A DNA stretch of 31,464 nt, filler included, from Candidatus Babelota bacterium (GTDB lineage: Bacteria; JAGOBX01), in assembly GCA_017999075.1 (NCBI GenBank). It is 5 parts of 5 records of this genome, joined end to end, with 100 filler letters (N's around TTAATTAATTAA, not from the genome) between each part and the next. Parts side by side here need not be neighbours in the genome. Positions count along the whole stretch, not along the records: positions 1 to 16,899 come from JAGOBX010000018.1; positions 17,000 to 20,550 come from JAGOBX010000432.1; 3 more parts are not named here. One strand, 5' to 3'. This document shows, piece by piece, positions 9,211 to 17,718 of this stretch. Within the stretch, counting starts at the first letter, position 1, and every line of letters starts with the position of its first letter. Position numbers and translations under genes: made by a program. Below the pieces are notes generated by a model that was given only the letters and a program-made list of their open reading frames with translations, searched no databases and was not told the DNA's origin.

Positions 9211-9274
9211 TTGTGTCGTATTTGTGTCGTATTTGTGCCGTAACTACCGGGAAATACAGTGAAATACCGGGAAA
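9211..9274. repeat. Two adjacent tandem triplets (3x11 bp and 3x10 bp), candidate integrase arm/RDF binding sites
   Basis: TTGTGTCGTAT, TTGTGTCGTAT, TTGTGCCGTAA (9211-9243), then TACCGGGAAA, TACAGTGAAA, TACCGGGAAA (9245-9274). Confidence 0.8.
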
Positions 9275-9310
9275 AACAAACTATTATTTTTCAGCGCGGC
9301 GTTAGCAGAA

Positions 9311-9323
9311 AATCAATATTTTA
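9311..9323 (+). promoter_or_regulatory. IHF consensus site candidate
   Basis: AATCAATATTTTA matches WATCAANNNNTTR exactly and lies between the arm-like repeats and the tRNA 3' end. The AT-rich background lowers its significance. Confidence 0.4.
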
Positions 9324-9357
9324 TTCGCAAACATATTGATAATAAAAGACTTATGTA

Positions 9358-9444
9358 TGGTGCCGAAGGTCGGACTCGAACCGACATGGACCGAAGCCCG
9401 CTGGATTTTGAGTCCAGTGCGTCTACCAGTTTCACCACTCCGGC
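9358..9444 (-). tRNA. tRNA-Leu (anticodon CAA), 87 nt, CCA encoded
   Basis: Reverse complement GCCGGAGTGGTGAAACTGGTAGACGCACTGGACTCAAAATCCAGCGGGCTTCGGTCCATGTCGGTTCGAGTCCGACCTTCGGCACCA. Acceptor GCCGGAG/CTTCGGC, anticodon arm CTGGA-CTCAAAA-TCCAG, long variable arm, GTTCGA T-loop. Confidence 0.98.
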
Positions 9445-9546
9445 ATATATATTTTAATTATAAAAATAATACTGAATCTAATCTTAGAGAAATCAATATT
9501 TATAATTATGAATTTGAATTTAACTATAAAAAAATAACTGAAAGCT

Positions 9547-9575
9547 ATATTATTAAAAAAAAAGAATTTTGTCAA
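9547..9575 (-). promoter_or_regulatory. Sigma70-type promoter candidate for tRNA-Leu
   Basis: Minus-strand TTGACA (9575-9570), 17 nt spacer, TAATAT (9552-9547). Confidence 0.55.
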
Positions 9576-9620
9576 GTATTTTTTGAAATTCTAAAATTAA
9601 AAAATTAAAATTTATTTAAT

Positions 9621-9649
9621 TTGACTTTTTTAAGTAATAAAATTATCAT
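9621..9649 (+). promoter_or_regulatory. Sigma70-type promoter candidate for the HD-GYP gene
   Basis: TTGACT (9621-9626), 17 nt spacer, TATCAT (9644-9649). Confidence 0.5.
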
Positions 9650-9694
9650 TTTAACGTATACTTATATAAATATAATGTGACATCAATCCAAACT

Positions 9695-10933
9695 ATGAAA
9701 AATATAATTAAAAAAACTGTTATGCTTGAACGTCTGCTCGAAATAAGTGCAGCAGTTGCTAATTTTAAAGATTTGGATATTCTACTTGAAAAAATATTAT
9801 CTCAAGCACGAGAAATAGCTAATGCTGATGCCGGTTCAATCTATATAAAAGAAAAAAATATGCTTCATTTCAGAGTTACTCAAAATGATACTTTAAGTAA
9901 ACTTTTGCCTCAAGGTAAAAAACTTCAATATTCATATTTTTCTATGGAAATAGATAATTCGACGATTTCAGGATATGTTGCAAACACAGGAGAAATATTA
10001 AATATAAAAGATGTGTATAAGCTTGGAAAAAATGTTCCTTATAGTTTTGGCAAAAAATACGATGAGAAAACAAATTACAGGACAAAGTCAATGCTTACGA
10101 TTCCGTTAAAGACAAATATAGGCCAGATTGTAGGTGTTTTACAAATTATTAATGCAAAAGACAAAAGCGGTAATTGCATACCATTTTCGAAATCATTGAT
10201 TCCTGTTATGGAATATTTTGCCAATAGTGCAACTATATCTGTTGAACGAGCTAAGATGACAAGAGAAATAATTTTGCGTATGATAAAGATGGCAGAACTC
10301 CGTGATCCTAAAGAAACAGGAGCACACGTTAACAGAGTCGGAGCTTATGCGGTTGAAATTTATGAAAAATGGGCGCTAAAAAGAAAAATAGATTTAAGTG
10401 AAATTGAACGTAACCGTGATATTTTAAGGATTGCGGCTATGCTTCATGATGTAGGGAAAGTGGGAATATCAGATATTATTTTAAAAAAAGAATCCAAGTT
10501 TACGCCTGAAGAGTATGATATTATGAAAAAACATACTATTTTAGGAGCAAAACTGTTTGGTGAATTGAGTTCTGAAATAGATATAGCTGCTTGTGAAATA
10601 GCCTTAAATCATCATGAACGCTGGGATGGGAAAGGATATCCGGGCTACATTGACAGACTTATGGAAGGAGATATTCAAGAATGTAATAATATTGATGACA
10701 GTATTCGTGAAGGGAAAAAAGAAAAAGAAATTCCTTTGTTTGCGCGTATTGTATCTATAGCTGATGTTTTTGATGCATTAGCTTCTCCGAGATCATATAA
10801 ACAGTCTTGGAGCGAGGAAGAAATCATTAGAGCAATAAAAAATGGTTCCGGAACCCAGTTTGATCCTGAACTTGTAGATTGTTTTTTTGAAACATACGAC
10901 ACTATTAAAACTGTTCAGAAAAGATATGTTTAA
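9695..10933 (+). CDS. GAF + HD-GYP domain protein (c-di-GMP phosphodiesterase)
   Basis: GAF region (ADAGSIY, YRTKSMLTIPL, VGVLQIIN), then RDPKETGAHVNRV, LHDVGK, HHERWDGKGYP, ADVFDAL and GTQFDP. Start could be ATG 9695, GTG 9677 or a later ATG. Confidence 0.93.
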   Translation: MKNIIKKTVMLERLLEISAAVANFKDLDILLEKILSQAREIANADAGSIYIKEKNMLHFRVTQNDTLSKLLPQGKKLQYSYFSMEIDNSTISGYVANTGEILNIKDVYKLGKNVPYSFGKKYDEKTNYRTKSMLTIPLKTNIGQIVGVLQIINAKDKSGNCIPFSKSLIPVMEYFANSATISVERAKMTREIILRMIKMAELRDPKETGAHVNRVGAYAVEIYEKWALKRKIDLSEIERNRDILRIAAMLHDVGKVGISDIILKKESKFTPEEYDIMKKHTILGAKLFGELSSEIDIAACEIALNHHERWDGKGYPGYIDRLMEGDIQECNNIDDSIREGKKEKEIPLFARIVSIADVFDALASPRSYKQSWSEEEIIRAIKNGSGTQFDPELVDCFFETYDTIKTVQKRYV

Positions 10934-12071
10934 GATATCGGTAATCTGTCCTGGATTTGGGGTTATTCCCAGAGGAATAGAAACTGTAGTTAAAGAAGTA
11001 TTTTTCGGATTAGCGGAAAATGATAAAAATTATAAAATAGATATATATTGCGGCGCTGAAAAAAAAATTGAAAACACTCCGGAAAATATTACATTAAAAA
11101 AATTTAAAATATCTGAATTTAATTCTAAAATTTCAAAATTTTATTCTAAAATTGCGAAAAAATACAGATTTCCCGCTTCAGAACCTTTTGATTATAATTT
11201 TTTAATTTTTTCATTAAAAATTATTCCTGAATTATTCAATAATGAATATGATATTATATTCAATAACGGCGGAATATTTTCAGCTTATGTGTGCGGATTA
11301 TACAGAAAATTTTACAAGAAACCGTATATACATTCAGGTCACGCCGGAATAAATAGTTTGGAACGTTATCTTGGAAAACTTTATCCGGATGTATATATAG
11401 CTTCTACAGAACCTGCCAAATTATGGATTGAATCAGAAGTTAAGGGAATTAAATGTGAAGTTATTCCTAATGGAATAAATCCGAAAATATTTTTTCCGGC
11501 AAAGTCTGATGAAAATAAACTCGGGTTGAAAATAAAAATGAAAAGGCCAGTATATTTATTTACAGGCGCATTGACCAGACAGAAACAGCCTGATAAAGTT
11601 TTAAGAGCTTTTATTCAGAATAATGCAGGTAGTCTAATAATTATCGGAAATGGAGAATTGAAAGAGGAAATATTGAATATATCCAAAGAACATAATCTTG
11701 GACCTGAGGGTTTTTTATATATAGAAAATGTTGATTATGAGAAATTGCCTGAATATTTTAATTTTTGTGATTATTTTGTTATGCCGTCAATAAATGAAAC
11801 TTTCGGAATAGTATATCTAATGGCTTTAGCCTGCAACAAACCTGTCATATCAGATGATAAACCTCAACAAAGATGGATGATAAAAAATGCAGGTATTTAT
11901 TGCGATGCTGAAAATTATGATTCGATAAAATCAGCAATGAACCAAATTTGTAAAGAAAATTTTTTTGAAATACCTGTAGGAATATCAGCAGGGTTTCATT
12001 GGAAAAATATAATAAAATCTTATGAAGAATTAATTGTGAGAACTGTAATACAGAACCAACGTGAATATTAA
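10926..12071 (+). CDS. Glycosyltransferase family 4 protein
   Basis: RGIE, VIPNGI, FTGAL...K, IIGNGE and VMPSINETFGIVYLMALACNKPVI. ATG 10926 overlaps the HD-GYP stop. Confidence 0.9.
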   Translation: MFKISVICPGFGVIPRGIETVVKEVFFGLAENDKNYKIDIYCGAEKKIENTPENITLKKFKISEFNSKISKFYSKIAKKYRFPASEPFDYNFLIFSLKIIPELFNNEYDIIFNNGGIFSAYVCGLYRKFYKKPYIHSGHAGINSLERYLGKLYPDVYIASTEPAKLWIESEVKGIKCEVIPNGINPKIFFPAKSDENKLGLKIKMKRPVYLFTGALTRQKQPDKVLRAFIQNNAGSLIIIGNGELKEEILNISKEHNLGPEGFLYIENVDYEKLPEYFNFCDYFVMPSINETFGIVYLMALACNKPVISDDKPQQRWMIKNAGIYCDAENYDSIKSAMNQICKENFFEIPVGISAGFHWKNIIKSYEELIVRTVIQNQREY

Positions 12072-12110
12072 ACCGATTTGATTCTGTTTAATGCTAATGG
12101 TAATGTTTTC

Positions 12111-12131
12111 AAATGGCAGTACTGCCATTTT
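12111..12131. terminator. Perfect 20-bp palindrome between convergent genes; probable bidirectional terminator or protein-binding site
   Basis: AAATGGCAGTACTGCCATTT (12111-12130) is its own reverse complement. Confidence 0.55.
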
Positions 12132-12205
12132 CACCAAATCTATTTTGTAAAAAAATATACAAATATATTTTTGAAACAGTTCACAAATATATTTTTAATT
12201 TTTTT

Positions 12206-13519
12206 TTATGATTTTAACAACGAATTAGTATAAGTTCTTGCTGCAAGAAAAGCTGTTGAAAATGCCGCCTGTAAATTATAACCGCCGCAGTCACCGTCAA
12301 TATCAATAATTTCTCCTGTAAAATAAAGGTTGCGAATAATTTTTGATTCCATGGTTTTATTATTTATTTCATTCAGGGAAACACCTCCGGCAGTAACCAT
12401 AGCATTTTTAATTTCAGAATAACAGGATATATTAACAGCATATTCAGTTAAATTGTTTATCAGTTCGTTTTTTTTAAACTTATCAATATTACCGCATATA
12501 GAATTTTCAGGAATTTTTGATACATTCAAAATCAATTCGGTAAATCTTGAAGTTAAATCAAATTGTTTTAAAAATTTTTTTACTGATTCCCGGGAATTAT
12601 CATGAAATAATTGCGAAATATAATTTTTTAAATTCATTGATTTTTGATTTTTTTTTATAAAACAAATTTTTAAGAAGTCGCCAGGATTTACATATCGAGA
12701 CATATTTAGTATTACAGGGCCGGATAAACCTTTATGGGTTACAAGCAGTTCTCCTGATAATGTAATACATTTTTTATTATTTCGAAATAAAGAAATTTCT
12801 GAATCATTAAATGAAGTTCCAGGTATAGAATTTATAGGATTATTAAAAATAATCAATTGAGATAATGCCGGTTTTGGAGGAACTATTGTATGACCAAAAG
12901 ATAAGGCGAAATTATATCCATCGCCTGACGAACCTGTTTCAGGGAAAGAAGTTCCTCCAGTTGAAATTACAAGATGTTTTGAAAAATATGATTCATTTGA
13001 ATTTACGGTGATTTTAAAATAACTGTTTGAATACGAAAAATTATCGGGTAAAATATTAGTTTTGTCTGTATCTGGATAACAACATTCGATTTTTACAACT
13101 TTTGAGTTGTATTTTATAGAAATATATTTTTTTTTAATTTCATTAATTAATATGTTTAATACATCCTGAGATTTATATGTTGCCGGAAAATAATTTCCTT
13201 CGCTGTCAGCTATTATGTTTAATCCGCGTTTTTTGAAAAAACTGATTAAGTCAGAATTGAAAAAATTATGAAACGCTGGTTTGAGGAAATTTCCGTTCAA
13301 CCCGTATTTTTTTGTGAATTCTTCAATAGTTCCGGCATGGGTTATATTACATTTCCCTGCGCCTGATAATAAAAGTTTTTTTGCAGGCGCCTCATTTTTT
13401 TCCAAAATCAGAATATTATTTTTTTTTGAATCCAAGTTAATTGAAGCGAACAATCCTGAAGGACCTGCGCCTATTATTATCATATCGTACAATTCAATAT
13501 ATTTTGGCAACAGTTCCAT
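12206..13519 (-). CDS. HI0933/YhiN (BaiN-like) family NAD(P)/FAD-dependent oxidoreductase
   Basis: IIGAGPSG, KKLLLSGAGKCNIT, STGGTSFPETGSSGDGY, THKGLSGP, VTAGGV and GDCGGYNLQAAFSTA. Confidence 0.93.
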   Translation of the reverse strand: MELLPKYIELYDMIIIGAGPSGLFASINLDSKKNNILILEKNEAPAKKLLLSGAGKCNITHAGTIEEFTKKYGLNGNFLKPAFHNFFNSDLISFFKKRGLNIIADSEGNYFPATYKSQDVLNILINEIKKKYISIKYNSKVVKIECCYPDTDKTNILPDNFSYSNSYFKITVNSNESYFSKHLVISTGGTSFPETGSSGDGYNFALSFGHTIVPPKPALSQLIIFNNPINSIPGTSFNDSEISLFRNNKKCITLSGELLVTHKGLSGPVILNMSRYVNPGDFLKICFIKKNQKSMNLKNYISQLFHDNSRESVKKFLKQFDLTSRFTELILNVSKIPENSICGNIDKFKKNELINNLTEYAVNISCYSEIKNAMVTAGGVSLNEINNKTMESKIIRNLYFTGEIIDIDGDCGGYNLQAAFSTAFLAARTYTNSLLKS

Positions 13520-13531
13520 AATCTGATTTTT

Positions 13532-14224
13532 TTATAAATCGCCGGCCGCATTATTTATAAAAATGTCTTCGATGCAGGTATCATCAGGCAGATCAATAAT
13601 ATCCATAACGATTTTGGAGATTGTAGAAGGTTTTATAAAATTTTTTTTTCGGGAAACCGGCAAATAATCATAGAACGGAGTATCTACAGAACCTGGTTTT
13701 ACACTGAATACCCTGATTTTTTTTTCTCTGAGTTCATTTCTTAAACTTGAAGTAAATCCTTCAACTGCAAATTTGCTTGCGCAGTATAAAGACCATTTTG
13801 AAAATCCTTTAAATCCTGCGATAGAAGATATGTTGCATATAATTCCTGTCCCTTTTGTTATTAGCGGATAAAACGATTTAGTAACAAAAATCAGTCCTTT
13901 AACATTTACATCAAAAATAGAATAATAATCGGATTCTGTTATTTTGCTGATTTTTTTTTCAAACCCTGTTCCAGCGCAATTAATCAGAACATCAATATTT
14001 TTGATATTAAGTTTTTTGATAATCCAATTTTTAGCTGATTCTATTTGTTTTAAATCTGATATATCGGTGTTTTTAGCAAAATAATTTTTTGTATTTTTAA
14101 GATTTGATTGTTCGGCTGTTCTTGAAAGATTTATTAAAATATAATTTTTTAACAATGCGGATTTTGCTATAGATAATCCGATCCCTGAACTGCCGCCTGT
14201 TATCAGTATTATTTTGTTTTTCAT
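13532..14224 (-). CDS. Classical SDR family oxidoreductase
   Basis: TGGSSGIG, LINCAG, NISS, YCASK and PGSVDT. Confidence 0.93.
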   Translation of the reverse strand: MKNKIILITGGSSGIGLSIAKSALLKNYILINLSRTAEQSNLKNTKNYFAKNTDISDLKQIESAKNWIIKKLNIKNIDVLINCAGTGFEKKISKITESDYYSIFDVNVKGLIFVTKSFYPLITKGTGIICNISSIAGFKGFSKWSLYCASKFAVEGFTSSLRNELREKKIRVFSVKPGSVDTPFYDYLPVSRKKNFIKPSTISKIVMDIIDLPDDTCIEDIFINNAAGDL

Positions 14225-15528
14225 TCTAAAAATTTTTTTATATAATCAGCAGCTGAATTTTTAAATGTTTGAAATTCTGATTCGGAAACTTTAAATTTCT
14301 GCAGCTTAAATTTTTTTATAATATCGTCAAACACATCAATGAAATAATCTATTTGATTTTCTGTATGAGTTGCATTTATCGTACATCTGATACGTTCATT
14401 GCCTCTTGCTACAGCAGGTCCTCCGACAGCATTACATATTATGCCGTTTTTATAAAGATAAGATTCGATTTCAAAAGCTTTTTTTTCGTTACCTATTATT
14501 ACAGGGATTATTTGAGAATATCTGTGTGGAACATTTGCGCCGATTTTAATCAGTCCGGTTAAGAATCTATCGACATTTTTCCATAACTGTTTTCTGAGGC
14601 GGGGTTCTTTATCCGCAATTCTAATAGTTTCAATTAGTCCGGCAGCCTCATCAGCAGGAAGACCTGAAGTGAAATAATATGTTGAAGCGTTTATTTTCAT
14701 CATATCGACCACTTCTTTTTTTGCTGAAACAAACCCGCCTAATCCTCCGAACGCTTTACTCAAAGTTCCCATTTTTATTTCGATTTTATCAGAAACGCTG
14801 AAATGTTCAGCTATGCCTCTGCCTGTTTTTCCCCAGACTCCTGTGCCATGAGCATCGTCGATCATAACAGCGGCTCTGTATTTTTGAGATAATTCTGAGA
14901 TTTTATCAAGATGAGCTATATCTCCATCCATACTGAATACAGAATCAGTAATAATGAAAAGTATTTTATTCTTATTATTTTTGAGTATATCAGATAAATG
15001 ATTCACATCATTGTGCCGGTACTTTATAAAATTAGCCCGGGATAGTTTTATTCCCATGCGGATGCTCCAATGATTTAATTCGTCTCCTACTATTAGAGTT
15101 TCTGGAGGGTTTTTTTTGAAAGTTTTTCCATAGAAAAGTTTGGTATAAAAATCAATGTCGGTTAAAGCTGATATAGCTCCGACATTTGCCATTAATCCTG
15201 TTGCAAACGTTATAGTATCTTCGGAATTTTTATATTTTGAAATTGTATCTTCGAGTTTTTCCAATACATCCAGGTTGCCTCCGAGTCTTCTTGATTCACA
15301 TGTTCCTATTCCATGTTTAATCAGAGCATTTTGCGCTGCTTTAATAACTTCAGGCCTTTTACTCAATCCGAGATAGTTGTTTGAACAAAAACAAATATAT
15401 TTTTTTTTATTGATAACAGTTTCAGGATCAGCAAGTTTTTCTATCACAATATCATGATGAGCTAATCCTTTTTTTTGAAGCCAGCGGTAATTGTCGATAT
15501 AATTTTGTATCAGTAATGAATTTTTCAT
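14221..15528 (-). CDS. PLP-dependent alpha-oxoamine synthase family protein (BioF/Kbl/Spt-like)
   Basis: CSNNYLGL, DELNHxSI, RHND, DSVFSMDGD, DDAHG and GTLSKAFG (PLP Lys). Substrate cannot be assigned from motifs. Confidence 0.9.
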   Translation of the reverse strand: MKNSLLIQNYIDNYRWLQKKGLAHHDIVIEKLADPETVINKKKYICFCSNNYLGLSKRPEVIKAAQNALIKHGIGTCESRRLGGNLDVLEKLEDTISKYKNSEDTITFATGLMANVGAISALTDIDFYTKLFYGKTFKKNPPETLIVGDELNHWSIRMGIKLSRANFIKYRHNDVNHLSDILKNNKNKILFIITDSVFSMDGDIAHLDKISELSQKYRAAVMIDDAHGTGVWGKTGRGIAEHFSVSDKIEIKMGTLSKAFGGLGGFVSAKKEVVDMMKINASTYYFTSGLPADEAAGLIETIRIADKEPRLRKQLWKNVDRFLTGLIKIGANVPHRYSQIIPVIIGNEKKAFEIESYLYKNGIICNAVGGPAVARGNERIRCTINATHTENQIDYFIDVFDDIIKKFKLQKFKVSESEFQTFKNSAADYIKKFLE

Positions 15529-15588
15529 AATTAAATAAAGAACAAATAAATTAGTATAAAAAATTATAACAAAAATAAAATATTTTTA

Positions 15589-16899
15589 TTATTTTATTAT
15601 AATACCTTTTGTTTTAACGTTTTCGTTAAAATCAGATATTTTAAAGGTAACAGTCGAGCCAGATAACCGTTCAGAATTTAAAATAAATTTTTCTGTTTTT
15701 GAATCAAAAATATTATCAATCGGATACAATTTTTTCCAATCGGAAGAATTAATTGAATATTCGCAGGATTTAATTATATTATATTCGTCAGAAGCGGTAA
15801 TACTGATTTTTTCTTTTGAATTATCTATTTTAACATCGGGTTCTGTATTATCAAGAATAATTTCTTCTGAAATTATTTCATCAGAAAGCGGGTCAGAAGG
15901 ATTATCCAGGATATCAGTAGATATGACTTTAAAAATATATTTTCCGTCAGGAAAATATAAAGTATTCCAATTGTAATAATTTTTAGTATAATGTTTATCA
16001 AATTTTAGTTTAACCCAATCCCCAGATTCATATTTATAAAAAATATCATGTAAAAGTTTATCTCCGTTAGGATCTGAAACTGACCATCTTATATTGTAAG
16101 AATTCGAGGCATTCATTTGAAAATTAGGCTGAACCTGCTGCTGATTTTGAAAACTTTCAACTGCTTCCATAACCATCTCCTCATTCATCATATTCGGGTG
16201 AGAAGCCTGCTGAATTCTGCTGGATTGCCTGGAAGATTGCCTTGATTTAGAATCTTTAGGTTTATTGGACAAAGACGATATATTGATTGATTTTATTATA
16301 GGTTTCAGATTTAATTGAGTATAAGGTACTGTGATTTTTTTTAATTCTGATGATTCAGTCAGGAATTTTATTTTATATTGAAAATATCTGTTTTCACGGC
16401 TATTCGAGGAAGAATTCCATTCAGTCCACAAATCATTAATTTTATTTGTATTTCCTGTTCTGAAAGTGTATTCTATTTTTCCTGAATATTCAATTTCAGG
16501 AGTTCCAGCCGAAGCTTTGTATCCCAAATCGATTATATCAGATATATATTCGAAAATTTTTTCAGAATGGTTTGGTTCATATAATTTTGAAGGGTTGGAC
16601 ACTGCGATAAAAGAAGGCTGCCCTGACAGATCAAAGCATATTTTCTGAAGTTTTCCAGATTTATTTTTAAAAATAAGATAATAATCTTTTCCTGAAACTT
16701 TATAGACTGAGTTGTTTTTTCCTGAAACAGAATAAAAATTATTGTTATTATCAATTTGAAAATCTAATATAAAATCATTTTTAAACTCAGCAATAGAAAT
16801 TTTATAAGATTCTCCTACTTCGTAAATTGTGCCGCTTTTATAATTATTTTTTTGAAAACGGTTTATTTTATCGGATTTATTTTTTATTTTTTGAATAAT
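15589..16899 (-). CDS. Hypothetical protein, C-terminal part with beta-sandwich/FN3-like modules (5'-truncated by contig end)
   Basis: The frame has no stop from 16602 to the contig end at 16899. Motifs RTGNT...WTEW, RYFQYK, W...DPNGDKL, WNT..FPDGKY.FKV and DNTEP. Confidence 0.75.
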   Translation of the reverse strand: MIQKIKNKSDKINRFQKNNYKSGTIYEVGESYKISIAEFKNDFILDFQIDNNNNFYSVSGKNNSVYKVSGKDYYLIFKNKSGKLQKICFDLSGQPSFIAVSNPSKLYEPNHSEKIFEYISDIIDLGYKASAGTPEIEYSGKIEYTFRTGNTNKINDLWTEWNSSSNSRENRYFQYKIKFLTESSELKKITVPYTQLNLKPIIKSINISSLSNKPKDSKSRQSSRQSSRIQQASHPNMMNEEMVMEAVESFQNQQQVQPNFQMNASNSYNIRWSVSDPNGDKLLHDIFYKYESGDWVKLKFDKHYTKNYYNWNTLYFPDGKYIFKVISTDILDNPSDPLSDEIISEEIILDNTEPDVKIDNSKEKISITASDEYNIIKSCEYSINSSDWKKLYPIDNIFDSKTEKFILNSERLSGSTVTFKISDFNENVKTKGIIIK

Positions 16900-16999
16900 N
16901 NNNNNNNNNNNNNNNNNNNNNNNNNNNNNNNNNNNNNNNNNNNTTAATTAATTAANNNNNNNNNNNNNNNNNNNNNNNNNNNNNNNNNNNNNNNNNNNN
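16900..16999. other. Artificial contig linker
   Basis: N44-TTAATTAATTAA-N44, a six-frame stop spacer. Confidence 0.98.
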
Positions 17000-17702
17000 T
17001 TTTTATATAATACTCATATTCGTCCTGATTTCCGATTTTATTATAACCCTGATCAATTATTATAGGTTTATCAAAATATTCAGGTAAAAATTCAGTTACA
17101 GCCGAATCAAACTTATTTTCCGAATCAATTTCAGTTTTTTCGGATTTGATTATAACTTTTGTATTTGAAACCGCTTTAATATTTTTATTATCATCATTTT
17201 TAATATTTTTTTCAATTATTACCGTTCCAGTATCTACGGATACAATACTGTAATCTTTGCTTATAACACTGAATACTGCATTATTAACAAAATTTTTCGA
17301 ATAGTCTGTTTCAATAATAAAATTGGATTTCAAACTTTTTGATTTTCTTTTGTTGACAGTTCCTGAGACTTCACCTTTTATCAGTTTAAACATCATATCT
17401 GCATTTTTCTGTTTTTGTTTGGTTGAAGTTATTTTCAGGCCTAAAATCTTCAATTCCGAATTTTCAGCTAATTCTAAAATATAAACGTTGTAAAGATTAA
17501 AAATAATTTTAGAATTTTCCGATGTTTTTAAAATATAGCCGGGCAATAAAATCATGCCTGGTTTTGGAGTTGTTTCATTATTTTCAGTGTCTGCAATAAC
17601 GGCATTTCCGCTAATTTCAATTATTTTACTTATTTCAACTGCTTCAGAACAAACCGAAATACCAAAAATAATTATAATTAAAAATAATAATTGCTGTTTC
17701 AT
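17000..17702 (-). CDS. Exported FecR-like domain protein (3'-truncated)
   Basis: Signal peptide; IIEISG.A, G.ILKTSENS, LELAENSEL.I, L.KGEV, FIIET and VSVDTGTV. Confidence 0.7.
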
Positions 17703-17718
17703 AATATAAATAAAAAAA

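Larger units (their letters stand above)
1..9357. mobile_element. Probable tRNA-Leu-integrated genomic (defence) island, right-hand part; left end and integrase lie outside the window
   Basis: Co-oriented R-M, GxxExxY, radC, rhuM and orphan nuclease/glycosylase-like genes end at the 3' (CCA) end of a tRNA-Leu. Tandem arm-like repeats and an IHF consensus lie in 9211-9323. Gene content becomes core-like beyond the tRNA. No integrase or second att copy is visible. Confidence 0.7.

Noticed and set aside
9211-9274. Tandem repeats as a mini-CRISPR or plasmid iterons
   Set aside because: The units are 10-11 bp with no spacers and no rep gene nearby; their position beside a tRNA 3' end fits att arms better.
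9336-9608. 90-aa plus-strand ORF (MIIKDLCMVPKVGLEPT...)
   Set aside because: It is the antisense shadow of tRNA-Leu (VPKVGLEPT is a typical tRNA reverse translation) plus promoter DNA.
12159-12196. 14-bp direct repeat ACAAATATATTTTT
   Set aside because: Low-complexity AT-rich sequence between convergent genes; no supportable function.
16533-16754. 73-aa ORF suggesting a frameshift in the 15589-16602 gene
   Set aside because: Manual translation shows the main frame is open to the contig end at 16899, so no frameshift is needed.
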